This document shows positions 62,701-64,000 of a DNA stretch of 64,000 nt, piece after piece (within the stretch, counting starts at the first letter, position 1; every line of letters starts with the position of its first letter). Under the pieces are notes generated by a model. The model saw nothing but the letters and a program-made list of their open reading frames with translations, did no database searches and was not told the DNA's origin. Position numbers and translations under genes: made by a program. This DNA comes from the human T2T-CHM13v2.0 reference genome, Homo sapiens. The stretch lies in assembly GCF_009914755.1 (NCBI RefSeq), contig NC_060937.1; one strand, given 5' to 3'.

Positions 62701-64000
62701 AGTACACCAAATATATATTCTATAGTGTACATAAAATATCAAAGTACCCAAACTATACATTATATACTGTACATAAAATATGAAATTACATCAAATATAT
62801 ATTATATTAGGTACATAAAATATGAAAGTACATCAAATATATATTATATACTGTACATAAAGTACCAAATTAACCCAAATACATATTATATACTGTACAT
62901 GAAATATCAAAGTTCACAAACTATATATTATATACTGTACATAAAATATCAAAGTACCCAAGGTATCTATTCTATACTGTACAAAAAATATCAAAGTACC
63001 CAAAGCATGTATTATATACTGTACATAAAATATGAAAGTACATCAAATATATATTTTATTCTGTACATAAAATATCAAAGTACACCAAATATATATTCTA
63101 TAGTGTACATAAAATATCAAAGTACCCAAACTATACATTATATACTGTACATAAAATATGAAATTACATCAAATATATATTACATTAGCTACATAAAATA
63201 TGAAAGTACATCAAATATAGATTATATACTGTACATAAAATATCAAAGTACCCCAAATATATATTATATACTGTACATGAAATATCAAAGTTCACAAACT
63301 ATATATCGTATACTGTACATAAAATATCAAAGTACCCAAGGTATATATTCTATACTGTACAAAAAATATCAAAGTACCCAAAGCATGTATTATATACTGT
63401 ACATAAAATATGAAAGTACATCAAATATATAATTTACTCTGTACATAAAATATCAAAGTACACTAAATATATATTCTATAGTGTACATAAAATATCAAAG
63501 TACCCAAACTATACATTATATACTGTACATAAAATATGAAATTACATCATATATATATTATATTAGGTACATAAAATATGAAAGTACATCAAATATAGAT
63601 TATATACTGTACATAAAATACCAAAGTACCCCAAATACATATTATATACTGTACATGAAATATCAAAGTTCACAAACTATATATTATATACTGTACATAA
63701 AATATCAAAGTACCCAAGGTATATATTCTATACTGTACAAAAAATATCAAAGTACCCAAAGCAAGTATTATATACTGTACATAAAATATGAAAGTACATC
63801 AAATATATATTTTATTCTGTACATAAAATATCAAAGTACACCAAATATATATTCTATAGTGTACATAAAATATCAAAGTAGCCAAACTATACATTTTAAA
63901 CTGTACATAAAATATGAAATTACATCAAATATACACTATATTATGTACATAAAATATGAAAGTACATTAAATATAGATTATATACTGTACATAAAATACC
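58419..64000 (+). repeat. Tandem duplication, period 3780 bp (10 x 378); second copy truncated by the window end
   Basis: Sequence lines are identical at +3780: 58681/62461, 58861/62641, 59401/63181 (TACATTAGCT), 59761/63541 (ATTACATCAT), 60101/63881 (GCCAAACTATACATTTTAAA); ORF ends are 59652/63432. Confidence 0.9.

Larger units (their letters stand above)
1..64000 (+). repeat. HSat1A (SAR / classical human satellite I) 42-bp tandem satellite array, extends beyond both window edges
   Basis: Seen: a 42-bp unit (CTGTACATAAAATAT[C/G]AAAGTAC-N-TATA) repeats from base 1 to 64000 with no interruption or inversion, and GTAC sites alternate at 17 and 25 bp (17-mer ACATAAAATAT[C/G]AAAGT). Established knowledge: the 17+25 bp A/B RsaI structure, extreme AT content and 378-bp 9-mer define HSat1A. 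Strand only denotes the A-rich orientation. Confidence 0.97.
1..64000 (+). repeat. 378-bp higher-order unit of nine distinct 42-bp monomers
   Basis: Nine monomer types recur in fixed order, readable in the translated frame as QSTQTIHY / EITSNIYYIR / ESTSNIDY / QSTPNIYY / MKYQSSQTIYY / QSTQGIYS / KKYQSTQSMYY / ESTSNIYF / QSTP(D/N)IYSIV (9 x 14 aa = 126 aa = 378 bp). Confidence 0.95.
40621..64000 (+). repeat. Right sub-array (domain B): mostly full-length 378-bp units with CCAAAT and TACCAAAG variants
   Basis: Monomer 9 reads ACACCAAATATA, monomer 4 mostly AAATACCAAAG and monomer 5 CTGTACATG. No AAATAACAA was seen. The 5-bp deletion occurs only at ~41741, ~43458 and ~44207 (with TTAGTTAC). No indel was seen after ~48010, which explains the long in-frame ORFs. 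Confidence 0.88.

Noticed and set aside
31-63432. Dozens of + strand ORFs (61-1184 aa) as protein-coding genes
   Set aside because: All are translations of the same 14-codon satellite monomer. Their starts and ends are set by satellite point mutations and indels, and there is no unique domain, splice structure or sign of codon-level constraint.
1-64000. CRISPR-like array (conserved 17-bp part alternating with a variable 25-bp part)
   Set aside because: The 'spacers' are homologous to each other and cycle through nine types. There is no leader, no cas gene and no unique spacer.
1-64000. Programmed frameshifting or phase variation suggested by overlapping ORFs (e.g. 1641-2195 / 2170-2502)
   Set aside because: The overlaps are the direct result of the 5-bp and 1-bp satellite deletions, and there is no gene context.
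1-64000. Alpha satellite / CENP-B boxes, HSat2/3, HSat1B, or Alu/L1 insertions and inversions
   Set aside because: I saw no 171-bp unit, CENP-B box, CATTC repeats or Alu-derived GC-rich segment, and no non-satellite or reverse-oriented sequence on reading through.
1-64000. TATA boxes and AATAAA polyadenylation signals (e.g. GTAAATAAAA at ~1571, 7499, 18986)
   Set aside because: Such motifs are expected by chance in AT-rich repeats and arise from single substitutions; there is no supporting context.
1-64000. AT-rich protist or organellar repeat-protein locus
   Set aside because: The monomer sequence, the 17+25 bp RsaI structure and the 378-bp 9-mer match HSat1A, and the frame is repeatedly broken.

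Overview
The whole 64 kb window is one uninterrupted, single-orientation, very AT-rich tandem satellite array. I found no gene, RNA gene, transposon, CRISPR array or unique sequence. The basic unit is 42 bp (e.g. CTGTACATAAAATATCAAAGTACCCAAACTATACATTATATA), split by GTAC (RsaI) sites into alternating 17 bp and 25 bp subunits and organised as a 9-monomer, 378 bp higher-order unit. This matches human/great-ape classical satellite HSat1A (Repbase 'SAR'), known from pericentromeric chr3/chr4 and the acrocentric short arms; I cannot determine the chromosome here. The ORFs in the track (up to 1184 aa) are a by-product of a 42 bp (14-codon) unit with one stop-free frame and are not credible CDSs. The informative signal is the internal architecture. 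A left domain (1 to ~40.6 kb) mixes 378 and 373 bp units and carries nested 751, 1875, 5911, 5628 and ~6375 bp periodicities. It switches abruptly at ~40.62 kb to a right domain with different diagnostic variants, a 377 bp run, and 630, 1512 and 3780 bp tandem duplications plus a dispersed 7811 bp-offset duplication. I do not see evidence for a new protein- or RNA-based system; the novelty, if any, is in the satellite's duplication history. All offsets were read by eye from marker variants and ORF-track coordinates, so the boundaries are approximate.
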